NCBI RefSeq assembly: GCF_009914755.1
Contig: NC_060934.1
Strand: one strand, 5' to 3'
DNA from: the human T2T-CHM13v2.0 reference genome, Homo sapiens
DNA: 64,000 bases
The translations under genes were made by a program, and so were the position numbers. Each line of letters opens with the position of its first letter. Positions within the stretch are counted from its first letter, which is position 1. Shown here in pieces: positions 28,476 to 42,662 of the stretch. A model generated the notes under the pieces. It was not told the origin of the DNA, did no database searches, and saw only the letters and a list, made by a program, of their open reading frames with translations.

Positions 28476-28739
28476 CAAAGCTGCCCCAACTGCAAATGAA
28501 TAAATCACCAACCAGCCCACCACACTCCCACACAGAACTCCTCCATCCCTCCTCCTTGTTCCACAGAGACCTGTCTCTCAGCCTGCACCCCAGGGGGACT
28601 CTTCCTTGCCTTAAGAACCTGGTGAGAAAATTCATCACTCAATACTTTACCAAAGGAAACCGAGGAAGGCTTTAGCAGGCAGGTGCAGAGGCAGCCTGGG
28701 AAACACAGGTCAGAGCCAAGGGTGGCCTGAGGTCTCTGC

Positions 28740-29460
28740 AGTCGGCAGGAAGGTGCAGGACGGTCACTGGCTGCCACCGGAACGCAGGCGGCCAGCAAAG
28801 GCCTCACAGGCACGGCAACACCTCTGACCCTGTTTTCTCTGCCCGGGAGTCTGTTTTTTCATCTTTTGTTTATGTGCCTGCAGCCTTTGTGTGCTTGTAG
28901 CCTCGGCAGTGTGATCAGGTTGACCTTAGAAAGAAAAATGAAAACATTCCTGGAATAAGCCGGCCAGTTACGAGGCCAACTTTCTAGCAGGGCTAAAAGT
29001 GTGCCCCAGGGCCTCTCTACCCAACCGCAGACGGCTAGTTGGATGCGTGTTCTGAGAGTCGTGGTCCTGATGGATGAGTACATCAGGTTTCTTTCTCCTG
29101 TGGGATGAGTGTTCCCAGGTCCAGGCAGTGCGGACGCATCAGACGCTGTGCGGCATTTTTACCGGAGCAGAGCGCAGGTGGCCTGCACTATGCGTTTGCT
29201 GGGGAAGGCCTGGAATCCCAGGCCAGTGTCTCAGCCACTCCCTTCATTGCCAGGAGTTGTTCTAAGCAAATCACGACTTCTATGTTTACGCCACTGAGGG
29301 AGCAGTAGAAGACAGAATGCTCGAACACGGTTCCACTTTGGAACCCGCCTCCCCTGCCATGTCGGGGATGTATTGGAAATTCATCACACAATGAAAGAAC
29401 AGCGATGTGACTGCAGTGCGACACCTGCCTCTCAGGACACGGCAGACGGCGAGGTCAGCC
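28740..29460. promoter_or_regulatory. CpG-enriched unique patch (weak CpG island / candidate enhancer)
   Basis: About 32 CpG in ~720 bp by eye, well above the window background. Confidence 0.4.
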
Positions 29461-30348
29461 CTGCCCAAGCTGTTTGGAATTCATTCCGCTCTGAGCTTCC
29501 TCAACTTTCACCCTGTTCTCACCTCCAGCGAAGCTGCCATTAGCTTTCCTTCTTCCCAAGCATGTTCTGTCCCTTTCTCTGGGGTTGGGAAGTAATCAGG
29601 TATTTTGGGCTTGTAAAATCTCCTGCTGGGTTGTCAGCATAGGAGCCAGAAAAATAAAAGAACATGCCGAGCAATGTGAAGAAAAAGACAAGATTTAATT
29701 ACCCCTTCTGCTTGCTTATTTCAGAAGGTATTGGAAGCTAGTACCTCTGTGCATAATACGAAGCCAATTTAGTATCGTAACGTCTGCTTAAGCAAATTAC
29801 AATAAGTGAAGAATATATGGCAATCAGGAATAAAATGTTCCTGGGGGCTGTCTTTGATGGACGCTTTAGAAGAATGCCACTAAAACCAAAATATATCTGA
29901 AGCCTGGTTGGCAGGCATCACGAATAATGTGGTTTGCTGGTCAGGTAAGTTCATAAATCTCCATAACCAAGATGCTCTATCCTTCCCCTTAAATTATCCC
30001 ACCATAGCTATAAATCAGTAGCAACTATTGACCTGAATCAGGGAAGCACAGTTTGCAGAACCTACTTCGTTGCCAATCAAGGATGGCTGAGTCACCTTCC
30101 ACACAGGGCAACAGCTTTGGGGAGCTCTTGTCTTGGACAGATCCCCATTCCTTTGGAGATGCTGTTGGTCCAGACCAGAGAAAAGTGGGTGTTTATGTAG
30201 TGTTGAAGAACACAGTAATAATTACCCTTTATTTCCTCCACACCAAGAATTCAAAAATATCTTAAATCATTTTCACTCGACATCCTCCCTGCCCCTGAAC
30301 ACAAAACAAAACTCTTCTAACAAAACGTAGCACTGTTTCAATGGCTAG

Positions 30349-30717
30349 TGTTATGGTTTGCTTCTGTGGCCCCACCCAAATTTTGTCTCAAATTGTAATC
30401 TCCACGTGTTAAAGGAGGTACCTGTAATCCTTACCTGTAGAAGGAAGGAGGTGATTGGCGGTTCCCCCATGCAGTTCTCATGATAGTGAGTGAGTTCTCA
30501 TGAGATCCCTGATGGTTTTAGAAGTGTTGCAGAGTTCTTCCTTTACACACACTCTCTCTCACCATGTAAGATGCAACTGCTTCCCCTTCCACCATAATTA
30601 TAAGTTTCCTGAGGCCTCTCCAGTCACGCAGAACTGCAAGTCAATTAAACATCTTTCCTTTACAAATGACCCAGTCTCGGGTATTTCTTTATAGCAGTGT
30701 GAAAACGGACTAATGCA
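30349..30717 (+). mobile_element. THE1D-like solo LTR
   Basis: TGTTATGGTTTG start, 'ccagtctcgggtatttctttatagcag...ggactaatgca' end, CTAG on both flanks. Confidence 0.85.
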
Positions 30718-31075
30718 CTAGCATGAGAATAAGGACCGAGGCATATCCATTACACCGTCTAAAGGTAAAGTTTCCCCCAGAACTGTGTTCAGAACATTGC
30801 TTTTTTTGTTTCCTTTATTCCTGGTTGTTTTCTCTTTGGTCTCTAGACCCTGTAATATTTCACTGTGACTTCTATCAGTGCATTTGCAATGAAATTTTAT
30901 TACAACCAAAGCATAATGTCTCCCGCCATTTGCTTCAGGAGAATTTGATTAATCATTTATTCTAAAACTGAAACTGAACATGAAACAGTGAGGATGTAGG
31001 GAAGGGATTTAGAATGAGAAGTGGCCATCGTTAAGGCCTGTGGCAGAATTGCTTCATGAAGTACACAGAATGTTT

Positions 31076-31433
31076 TTATTTGTATTTTTTTTTTTTTGTT
31101 ACTTTAAGTTCTGGGATACATGTGCAGAAAGTGCAGGTTTGTTACATAGGTAAACATGTGCCATGGTGGTTTGCTTCACCTATCAACCCATCATCTAGGT
31201 TTTAAGCCCCACATGCATTAGGTATTTGTCCTAATGCTCTCCCTCCCTTTACCCCCCAGCCCCTGACAGGTCCCGGTGTATGATGTTCCCCTCCCTGTGT
31301 CCATGTGTTCTCATTGTTCAACTCCCACTTATGAGTAATAACATGCGGTATTTGGTTTTCTGTTCCTGTATTAGTTTGCTGAGGAGGATGGTTTCCAGCT
31401 TTATCCATGTCCCTGCAAAGGAAGTGAACTCAT
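31076..31433 (-). mobile_element. L1PA 3' end (5'-truncated)
   Basis: Antisense L1PA 3' UTR ('catgtgcagaaagtgcaggtttgttacatagg'); TSD CACAGAATGTTT at 31064 and 31434. Confidence 0.95.
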
Positions 31434-33174
31434 CACAGAATGTTTCTTAAAGAGCAGACTTAGAAATCAGAGAATTAGAGGAATTTAGGAGTGGGAAGGA
31501 AAAGGAATTCTCCCTAGGTACCAAATGAGAAGGGCAGAGCACGCTGGACCTGGAGCCATATTTCCCACAGTGCTAAATCCTGGATTGGGCAAAAGCAGTG
31601 GAGGAGACCTCAGGCAGAAGGTTGAAGAATGACTTAATTATAGTAAGCGGTCAGCTATAATTTGGGGACAGAACAAATGAAAACAGGTTGAAGACAGAGC
31701 CTGAAGGTTTCAGGTTAGAGATGTGTTTCAAGGCAATGTGTGGGTCATTAGGGAGGTTGTAGAATCACATCTGACTCAATCTCTATTGGCTTCCCCCGTT
31801 TTCTGAACTGCTGTAGCACTTTCTATATGTATTGCTCTTTTTAATCATATATTCAATTTTGTCTGGCACTTAAATATTTTCGGTATGTGTTTCTCCTACT
31901 GTCATATAAAATTGGCTTGTGGCCTGGAAGAGTTATGTAATTTTTTGGACAGAGCTCAGTACCCAGTCATCCATTCCATCCTTGCTAAACCTCTGCGAAG
32001 TAAGCAGAACAGGTATTTTTATTTCCAATTTTTGGATAAAAATATATATACTGAATTGAGCCAAGTGGCCAGTAAAGAGAGAGGAGGACTTGACCAGGTC
32101 CTGGTTGCCCTAAAAAAATGCTGCATCTTCTAGTCCATGCTGCTGATCTCTTGACAAGCTTGGAGTAAATGCTTGCTGGGAATAGAATGGATCAATGCAA
32201 AAAAATTCCTACATAATACAGATTTGATGAGTGAAGACAAATTAGTTTTTTTGCTAACCCTATCGGTCTTTTAATATTTCATTTGAGATCTGAGATTTAA
32301 ATATGTAATTTTTAAAATCATGCCTATTTTCTTGAGGACATCTGCCAACATTTCCTCAATTTGTAGCTCCCTTTAAAGTTCTGAAGATGGTAATTAAATA
32401 TATATAATACAGAGAATAAAAATAAGAACCTAATCTGGCCCTATGAAATTAGAACTGGAAATGTTTTGTCGAGTTGATATAGCTGCCAATGAGTTATTGC
32501 TCCCTGTGGAATTTTTTAAAATTCTTTTTTAAAAATTTTAAAGTGCAATTTTAAATACCTTAGTAAATTTGCTTGTACCTCTTCCCCAGAGAGATTATAA
32601 TTTAATGTAACGGCATCCACTCTCGTGACATTCTTGGGCAAAGAATATGAACGTTCTTTTTAAATATAATTGCTGTACTTTTAGGTATGAACTTTAATTC
32701 ACACATTTCTTTCCCTCTAGGTTTTTTTTTTTATTTCAGATCCACTGCACAGTCATTTCTTCAATAACATGTACTTTTGTCATTGTCACTTTCTATTTCT
32801 TTTCTCTTAATCACTTTCGATCTTCCTTTCTTGATTCTCATCTCTGTTGTCTACCTGCTGTTGGCATCTAGACACTTCATACTGAATTCAGATTTTTCTG
32901 GCAGGTTATTCTGAGAGCTTTGCTATTTCCATAGAAACCCAACTTCAAACCAAACGTGGCTCCCAATTTTTTAATTGTTATATCCTATGAAAATCTGTTC
33001 TAATTATATTTTCATTGGCGTTCCAATTAACAACAAATATACCTGGATCAACCACATTATTCCAAGGTGAAACTACATGTTGCTGATGGCAGAGAAAAGA
33101 TAAAATAAAAGGCTCCAGTTATAAGGAAAAAAGAAGACATATGCAGAAATAATTTCTGAATTTCAAATGGTGTA

Positions 33175-33472
33175 TTTTTTTTTTTTTTTTGAGACAGAGT
33201 CTCCCTTTTTTGCCCAGGCAGCAGTGCAGTGGTGCGATCTTGGCTCACAGCAACTTCCACCTCCCAGATTCAAGCAATTCTTCTACCTCAGCCTCCTGAG
33301 CAGCTGGGACAACGGGCATGCGTCACTACGCCCGGCTAATTTTTGTATTTTTTGTAGAGACAGGTTCTTGCCATGTTGACCAGGCTGGTCTCGAACTCCT
33401 GACCTCAAGCCATCTGCCCACCTGGACCTCCCAAAGTGCTGGGATTACAAACGTGAGCCACCACACCCAGCC
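33175..33472 (-). mobile_element. AluS
   Basis: Antisense Alu; TSD aaatggtgta. Confidence 0.95.
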
Positions 33473-34169
33473 AAATGGTGTAATCTTTTAAGCAATATTA
33501 CATACAAGCCAGTGTCAGTGTAATAGTAGAATTATGATGTGTAGTCCAGGGAAATGGGGCTTAACCTGACTTCAATGCTATTTCGTTATTATTTCTAGGC
33601 ATAATTTGAAGACAATGAAGTTTGTCACCCTGTGGTTTGATTCCATTTTCACAGGCTTTCTTTTTCCATCTCATTCTGCAAACTCCTTCATATGTCCTTT
33701 GTTCTCACCCTGAAACCTGCTTTTGACAGGATATCTGTGAAGAGGACCCAGCTAATGAAACCTCTCTAATTTGTGTGCGGTCAGTGATAGTGTGCTGTCT
33801 CATTCTTCTCAGGGTCGTGAAACAGCAACATGCTTGGAGGCTTATTATAGGAAGAGTACAAATGAAAACAGATTAAAAATGTAGAAGGAAATATTTAGGT
33901 TATAGACAAAGTGCACTTCAAGGCAACAAATTTGGGTAATAATATGGATATTACCCTAGTGGATATTTAAAGCTGAAGCTGCAGATCTCACCGAAGCATC
34001 CCTCAGACATGGTGGTCATGGTGTCTATTCTCAGTGGCCATTAATTTACATTACATAGCCATCTGCCTGAAGATTTTCTGTGATATCATCTTCTAGAAGT
34101 TTTACAAGTTTTCCTTTTACATTTATGTCTATTATCCATTTTGAGTTAATTTTTGTGAATGGTGTAAGG

Positions 34170-34697
<528 letters not shown>

Positions 34698-35344
34698 ATG
34701 TAAGGTTGGTGTCTTGATTTGTTTTTTGAATGTGGATGTCCAGGTGTTCTGGTGTCATTTGTTGAAAAGGCCAAACTTTCTCCATTAAATTGCATTTGTT
34801 CCTTTGTGAAGGTTCAGTTGTGTGGGTGTATTTCAGGGCTCTCTCTTCTGTTCCATTAATCTAGTTGTCTGTTCTTTTTACCAATACCACACTGTCTTGA
34901 TCACTGTAGTTTACAGTAAGCCTTTAACTCAGTACAGTAAGTCTTTAAGTCCTAAATATTGTTCTTCTTCAATACTGTGTTGGATATTCTGGGACTCTTG
35001 CTTTTCAATATAAACTTTAGAATCAGTTTGTTGATAGCCACAAAACAACTTGCTTGGATTTTGATAGGAATTGCATTAAATCTATCAATTAATATGGGAG
35101 GAACTGATGTCTTAACAATATTGAATATTTCTATTCATTAATATGGGATATCTTTTCCTTTATTTCACTCCTCTTTGACTACCTTCATGACAATTTATAG
35201 TTTTCTTCATTTAGATCTTATAAATATTTTGTTAGATTTATACTGAAGTATTTTTTTTTCTGGTGTTGGTAAATAGTAGCGTGGCTTTAATTTCCAATTC
35301 TAACTTTTCAGTGTTGGTATACAGAAAACAATTGATTTGATTTT

Positions 35345-35345
<1 letters not shown>

Positions 35346-35399
<54 letters not shown>
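35346..35399. repeat. (TG)n(TA)n microsatellite
   Basis: Long perfect TA run. Confidence 0.96.
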
Positions 35400-35401
<2 letters not shown>

Positions 35402-35553
35402 CACCACTATGCCAGGCTAATTTTTGTATTTTTAGTAGAGATGGGGTTTCACCATGTTGGCTAGGCTGGTCTCAAACTCCTGACCTCAGGTGATCCACCC
35501 GCCTCAGCCTCCCAAAGTGCTGTGATTACAGGCATAAGCTACTGTGCCTAGAC
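35400..35553 (-). mobile_element. Partial AluS (left arm plus linker)
   Basis: Most of the right arm is absent; the fragment abuts the (TA)n tract. Confidence 0.9.
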
Positions 35554-36900
35554 TGATTTTAGTATATTAATCTTGCATTCTGAAACCTTGCTGTAATCAT
35601 TTATTAGTTCCACGAGGCTATTCTTATTGTTTTTGCTTTTCATTCTTTGAGATTTTTTATTGAGAAAATTGTTTCCTCTGTGAGCAAAACTATTTTATTT
35701 CTTTTTTCCAAACCTGAATATATTTTAATTCATTTTCTTGTCTTATTGCATTAGCTAGGATTTCCAGTATGATGTTAAAAAGGAGTAGTGAGCAGGGTCA
35801 TTCTCGCCTTGTTCTTATCTTAGTAGGAAAGTGTTTAGTTTTATTACAAGATTTTTAGCAGATAAAATTAATTAAGATTTATTATAAGCATTCAACTGTG
35901 CTAAGTGTTCTGGGTAATATACATTTTAGTCCTATTCTTAAACCATTTACACTTTGGCAAAAAAAATAAATAAAATAGAGAATATAGCAACACATGCAAT
36001 GATGTATTCTCCCTGCCCCTGCTGATACTCTTTGCTAAAACCCTATCATACTCTGATGGCAGTGATCAAAAACCCTTTGCTTTGCTCAAGCTGCCTGCTC
36101 CTCATGCCCTGTAATCCGTGAGTCTCATCACCTCAATACTTCTAAGATTTTTAACTCAATTCCTTTATCAAGTGTATCCCTAATGTTGCTGGCTTTTCTC
36201 ATCTCTATTTCAGATTTCTTTTTTTTTTCTGTATCCTAATTCTCTTACTACTCACTTTCTTTTCTCTCATCTTAGAGGAAATCATCCTCCTCTTTTCTAC
36301 CTATATTTTCTTTATGAAGTGTACTTCATCCTCAGAATCTTTATCCACCTATTATTCCCTTTCGTACTTTCTTTTTTCCCCATTATATCATTCCTCCCCT
36401 GTAAAAAATGAAAAAATCTTTTCCTGACTTTAGTTTTTATATCGTTCAATATAACAAGCTTTCTTCAATGTCCACCTCCACAATACATTTGGCTATTATT
36501 TTCTCACTGCAGCCACTTCTTTTATTCATAATTTGTCTCTTGATAACTAATTTTTTATCCTGTGACTCTATGAAAATCACTTATCAAATTGCACCTTCTC
36601 TTCCCCAAAGCAAGCCAGTCTCATTGTCTTTGAACTTCTGTAAATTTGACATTACTAGACATACTTTGATTCCAACATTCTTCTGGATACCTTTCCTTTT
36701 TAAGGTTTTTACTAAAATACATTTTTATGGTTCTCCTTGGCTTTTATTGCTTCCTATGGCTTTCTTTTTCCTTATTCTTAATATAGGGTTTTGCAAAATT
36801 CTGGCTTTCAGCTGCTCTTTGCTCTCCATCTCAACCTTCTTCCTTGACCTCGGGATGTCTTTCAGGCAGAAGACTTTAGTCATCTTCCCTCTGTAGACGG

Positions 36901-37049
36901 TTTTTTTGTTTTTTTTTTTTTGTATTTTTAGTAGAGACAGAGTTTCACCATGTTGGCCAGGCTGGTCTCGAATGCCTTACCTCAGGTGATTCGCCCTCCT
37001 CAGCCTCCCAAAGTGCTGAGATTAGAGGCGTGAGCCAGCACGACCAGCC
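36901..37049 (-). mobile_element. Partial AluS (left arm)
   Basis: Antisense left monomer with a T-tract. Confidence 0.9.
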
Positions 37050-38054
37050 CACAGTACCTTTGACAATTTTTAAATGCACGTTCCCAGCTCTGGGCTCTTG
37101 GACCTCAAGGTGTGCATTTCATGATCTGTTTGAGATCCACACAGTGTGACTGCTTGTACCGTAAGACTCACCACAGCCATAGCCACATTTTTCCTTCAGG
37201 GTCTCCTCCTCATCCCCCGCCCCCAATTTTCTTGCTCCTTCTAATAGTTCCTCCATTCCCTAGAATACAGGCTTAAGACTTTTATTCACCTTCGAATTCG
37301 TTCTTCCCAGTGACTTGCTGCCATGGTGAAATACTTCAGAACCTCTAATATCCCTGCAGCCTTCACATTAAAGGTAGTTTGTCTCTGATCTTTAAAACAC
37401 CACAATACTAGTATTGCACTCCATATGACTTTTTCAGTAGTTTTGAAATAGAGATCTCCATTGTTATGTTACAAACTACTCTAAAATACGCACAGATTCT
37501 TAATCCTTTTTTATAACTTCAGTGTTCATTACCGAAAGCGTATGGCAGGTAATCGAAAAATATTCGCTAAATTAAATGGAATTAAATGGCCTTTGATTTC
37601 CTTTTCTTAATCATTTCCTTTTGTAACTAGAATCTCATATTAAAAGAAGAGAGCAAAATTTTTGCATTTTATCTGATTTTATATTCTCTCAAGTCTTAAT
37701 TAAGGAAGCAAAATATCTTGTAATCAATTAGGAAATTAACAAAAGCTGGCAACTTGCCACTATATTTGGCAGTTTGAACTATAAGACAAAAAATTAAAAA
37801 AAAGGAAAAAGAAACAGCTCTACTATTATTAAAGCCTAAATAATGTGTTAGGGACTTAATTTAATCATGTATGTATTGTAGTGTTGCTCTGGTTGAAAAG
37901 GAAGTTTTACTCGACATTTCCTCTTTTAGTCTCCCTTGACTTTCGGCATAGATGTCTTTGGAGCTGAGCATTTTCATGCTTGTTTTCAGTGCAGTCCAAT
38001 CATTGCTGAAGTAATTAGGTATAAAAAGTATTACTTCCTATTTCTTTGTGTTGG

Positions 38055-38165
38055 GAATAATGGATATGCTAATTACCCTGATCTGGTCTGTATGTATGAT
38101 ATACATTGAAAGAGCACTGTGGACCCCAATAACGTGGACAATGATTATGTGTCAATTAAAAACAT
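38055..38165 (+). mobile_element. L1MA extreme 3' fragment
   Basis: 'atggatatgctaattaccctgatctgg...tatgtgtcaattaaaaa'. Confidence 0.7.
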
Positions 38166-39279
38166 TTTGAAAGTAATGTGTTTTTAAAATTATGGCATTA
38201 ATATTTTTGCTCTGTGTTATCGTTGGATAAAACAACAAGATTTACAAATGTCTGTGATGGCCTAGTGTCTCGTCCAAACATTCTGGAAGACACGTTGCCC
38301 AGGGTGCTGGCTCTGCCTGGGCAGCCTGAGGACTTGTCACAGTGTCTCTGTGGGGTCAGCAGCTCAGACCCGGCCATGCATTCCTGTCCAACAGCCAAGA
38401 AAAGCTACCCAGAACCACAGATGGCCAATGCTGGCTTCCAGGGTGCCAGCCCACTGCTGAGAGAGGAGCCCTTGGGAACAAAGTTTTATAAAAATGAGCT
38501 ACCTGTGAGGAGGCCCTCCATGGCTCCCACATCCAAGTTCCAAACTGGTAGCTCTCAAGCCAGGCTCAGATGTGGGTTTTGGTCTCAAATTGTTGGCTCC
38601 AAGAGCACTTTTCATATCATCGTCCCAAGCAGAATTTTATTATATTTCATCTTATATTTACTTATTTATATAGTCATCTTTATTTTAGGGAAATTAGAAG
38701 CCAAGTTCCTGGTTGAGATGGAGGATTAGTAGGATGGAGTTTTGAATGAGGGAATGGAAAAGCCTCTTTGAAGTGCGGTGGAGAAGCGGAGGCCATCCAT
38801 GGGTGCTGGGAGCCAGCTGTGCTCGCAGTGCTGGGAGTTCAGCTGAGCGGAGAAGAAATTGACTGTGGGGAAGTTAGTGTGGTCTGGGCCACATGAATCT
38901 TCCTATAAGAACAAGCAAAACGGAACAGTCATTGGATTTGCCTAGGTCCGGGGCTTCTGTGTAGACGTAAATTTATACGACATTCACAGGGAGGTATTTC
39001 CTTTCTTCCTATTTTCCCATCCCACTAGTAGAAGTTATATAACCCATGGTACAGTGCTACTGGTGGGTCTGCAGAGAAACGTCATCTCTGTGTCCTGGTA
39101 ACATTTTAAAAAAGAAGAGAGTATAAATGTAAAACCTTTCATTGTGCCTCCTATGTAAAGCCATGTAACCATGATTGTTATTTTTTTATATAACTTTGAG
39201 CGTAAAGCCATTTAATTTCTTGGGTTTTATGACATGAACAAAGCAGTACTCAAAATTCCCAGGTAGAATTTCAAACATA

Positions 39280-39540
39280 AGCTACATACCAACATTTAAA
39301 AAACCATGAAATTTCACATAAAACTATGGATTTCTGGCTTCTTTTGAGAAACTTTTGTATCTGGCACACACACTGGGGGGCTGCGTGTGGAGAGGGTTTA
39401 ACCCCTCCTCACTGGACTGTCACTCACAGCCATCCTCATCACTGAGCTGAGAACAAGCTCTCCCCCCTTCATTGCACACACCGTCCACCTAAACCCATTG
39501 TCTGCATGTTCCTGTTGGCACCAAGGGTTGTGACGCCTGG
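39280..39540. mobile_element. MER102-like hAT relic
   Basis: 'gaaatttcacataaaactatggatttctggcttctttt'. Confidence 0.5.
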
Positions 39541-42360
39541 TTTATGTCCTAGAAATCACCTGGGGGTTACCATGATATCTCAAGTAAAGTCTCAGTAATC
39601 AGAAGGATGGGTTTATTTTTAGGATGAGAAAAAACAATTAAATGGGGTAAACCAACTGCAGCTCATTTGGAAGAGACACCACTTATATGTCTGACTCAAA
39701 ATGCAACAAATAGTTCTTACGCACAGCACATATTTACCACCAGATTTTCTCAGTTTGATATTCTTTATCTTCGAAAATATTGCAAACAGACAGTATGTCA
39801 TCCCTGGGGAATAAAGATGAATCAGGTAGGGTTTCTGACTTGACTTTCATCAGATTCACTAACGACGATTTTGCATTGGAACCCTTGCTCCTGCATGGAC
39901 TGTGGGAGGTCTGTTAGATTTTAGGAAAATTCTCCTCATTTCTTTGTGCATCATTTATTTTTTCCTCACCTGCAAAGCAGGAGCACATGTCTTACCAAGT
40001 GGTAGTAAGGATTGAAGATCATGTATATGTGAAGAGTCACACAGAGTCAGTGCCAAAGAAAAAACTGGTCATTTCTGCCCCTCCTGAATATTATTGTTGA
40101 GATAATTCCTGGAAAGCAGGTAATGGATCTTTATGGGAGGGGGCACTGATACATTTAGATCACCTCAAATTATTTTGAAATCTAAACACAGTGAGTAAAA
40201 GAGCACTGGTGTACAAACATATGAATTTAAAAAATACATAGATAAAGACGGTTTCACGGGGGACTGGGTTTAGGAAGATTACGGTAAAAGCAAATCAAGT
40301 GACCACAGACTTGAGCCACGGGGTGGGGGCCTGAGTGTCCTGGGGCCTCCTGGATGTGAGCTGCATCCTCTTCCCAGAATCTGGGGCAGGAATGTGTCCT
40401 CGGAAAGACTGTTGAATGAGAAGGCTGAAGGGTAGCTGGGAGTGGGGGCCAGAGAACACATGGAAATGAAGATCTCAGTGAAAAGTGTCTTTCTTCACAT
40501 TTACTTTTTAAGGCTGACCTTGATTATCTTCCAGAGATATTGGCTAAAACCTTGTGATGGAGAAATATGGAATTCTTCTTACACTGGTTGCTGTACTCTT
40601 ACAAACATCCTCCAAGGTAACCCTTTTGTATTTCAGCTCCCTCTTATTCCAGTTTATAGAACTGGACAGTGATAGATGGGATGGCAGAGTGACTGCGAAG
40701 GTCTCTAATCCTACAAGCGTCTCGATTTCCAAAGGGACAGGCTGCGCCTGATGGCGTGTCACGTTCCCACGCCTCTGCTCCTCCAAACGGTGCCGAGGTG
40801 CACGTCAATAACTCAATTACAAAATCTTTGGTCCTTGCTCTCTGTGAGGTCCAAAGTTTAGGAAAAACACATGTACTTTTGATATGTTTTACAAAGTTAG
40901 TTCTTTGAAAGTTGATTATGGGTAATAGGACTTAATGAGATGCCTCCTTTGGGGACCTGCATAAATAAGATCAAAGGCTCTGAGTCTGGACCGTGGTGCC
41001 CCTCCCGCAGCTGACCTAGGAGCACCAAATTCAACCTCCCAGGGCCTGCCTTAACCTCTTTGGAAGTCATTGAATCACCAGATGTGATATCATGAGTCTG
41101 GGCCCTGGGCCCACGTCCCTCACATGCAGCAGTGTCCGGAGAAAGGGCATGGGCTTTAGGGACAGCCCGGCCTGCGTTCACGTTTTGGATCTGCGACTGT
41201 GGATGGCTTTGGTTATTTTACCTCTTTTGTGAAATGTTTAACTTTCCTTCTAAAAAGTGAACTCCTTCAAGGAAGGGGCCCAGTTTTTGTATCTTTAAAG
41301 CTTTAGCTAATACAATAAACGGATGAGTTCCTGAATGATGGAGGAGTGAGCTGGGTATGGGGAGGCCAACCCTGATCGTTCCCGGCAGCCCACTGTGCAG
41401 CTGGTCACTGTGGGGATGCAGGACTCACATGCAGTCTCATTCACCTTTGCACAGACATCTTAATGCTGGCAACACCACATCTTTTACAAATCAGATTTGG
41501 TTTTAGACGGAATCAAGAACTTGCCAATAAAGGAGGTAAAGGAGGTGAAATTCAAGCCTGTGAATGTCTTGGGGGCTGGAGTTTTAGAAATGGCTGATCA
41601 CGCCCAACACATAGTGACCCCTATGCTTTTCAATAATCAAAGATGAGAGAGCCTGAAAAGATCCCCAGGTTCTTGGAGGAAAATAAAAATGCTCCAAGAA
41701 CGACCTAGACTGGAGCCTACAGATTAAGGTAAATTGGGGCACCTGGCCCAGTCCAAGTTGGTGAAATGAAGAAGAGAGAAGACAGATGCTGATAGCCAGA
41801 TAACCGTACTGTGAATCCGCCCCCCTCAAAATAACATCAGCTTTCAATGCCTCGTCCACAGGGAGAAAGTATAGCTTTTCCTTTAGCTTGGTTTGTTATA
41901 TCTGCTTTTATCTTGTCCTGTAGCAGGAATAGCATTTGTGGCTTTGCAGTAATATATTTACAATAAATGGCTCATGCCATTTTCAAATGTCTCAGCATCA
42001 CAATGACATTTGGCCACCTGAAAATGACATTTATTGCTTTGTTGAGTCCAAAGTCGTGAGCCTCATCCTGATCTATTCTATGGACTTTCCGTCTTCATGA
42101 AGACTTCTGCTTTTTCTCCTCTATTGGAAATGTTTATTTTACTTCCCAGCAATAGGCAGGGAAGATCTCACTCGCAGGCTTATTTTAAGTTGCTTATTAC
42201 TGTGTGTTCTGAAAGTTGTTTCCTTCCTCTTCCATGGGGCCGGCACCCACGCAGCAACATTTTACGGTTTATAGCAAGCGAGGGCACATGTACATTTTGG
42301 AACCAAACCTTTTGGAGTAAGTTTGTTTTGCTCTTGAGGCAAATTTCAAGCCGAATTTTT

Positions 42361-42662
42361 GTTTTCTTTTTTTTTTTTTTTTTGGGACGGAGTCTTGCTC
42401 TGTCACCAGGCTGGAGTGCAATGGCATAATCTCTGCTCACTGAAACCTCTGCCTCCTGGGTTCAAGCGATTCTCCTGCCTCAGACTCCTGAAGAGGTGGG
42501 ATTACAGGCGTGCGTCACCACACCCAGCTAATTTTTGTATTTTTAGTAGAGATGGGGTTTCACCATGTTGGCCAGGATGGTCTCCACCTCTTAACCTCAT
42601 GATCCGCCCGCCTTGGCCTCTCAAAGTGTTGAGATTACAGGCATGAGGCACCACGCCTGGCC
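42361..42662 (-). mobile_element. AluS
   Basis: Antisense Alu; TSD tcaagc(c/t)gaattttt. Confidence 0.95.
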
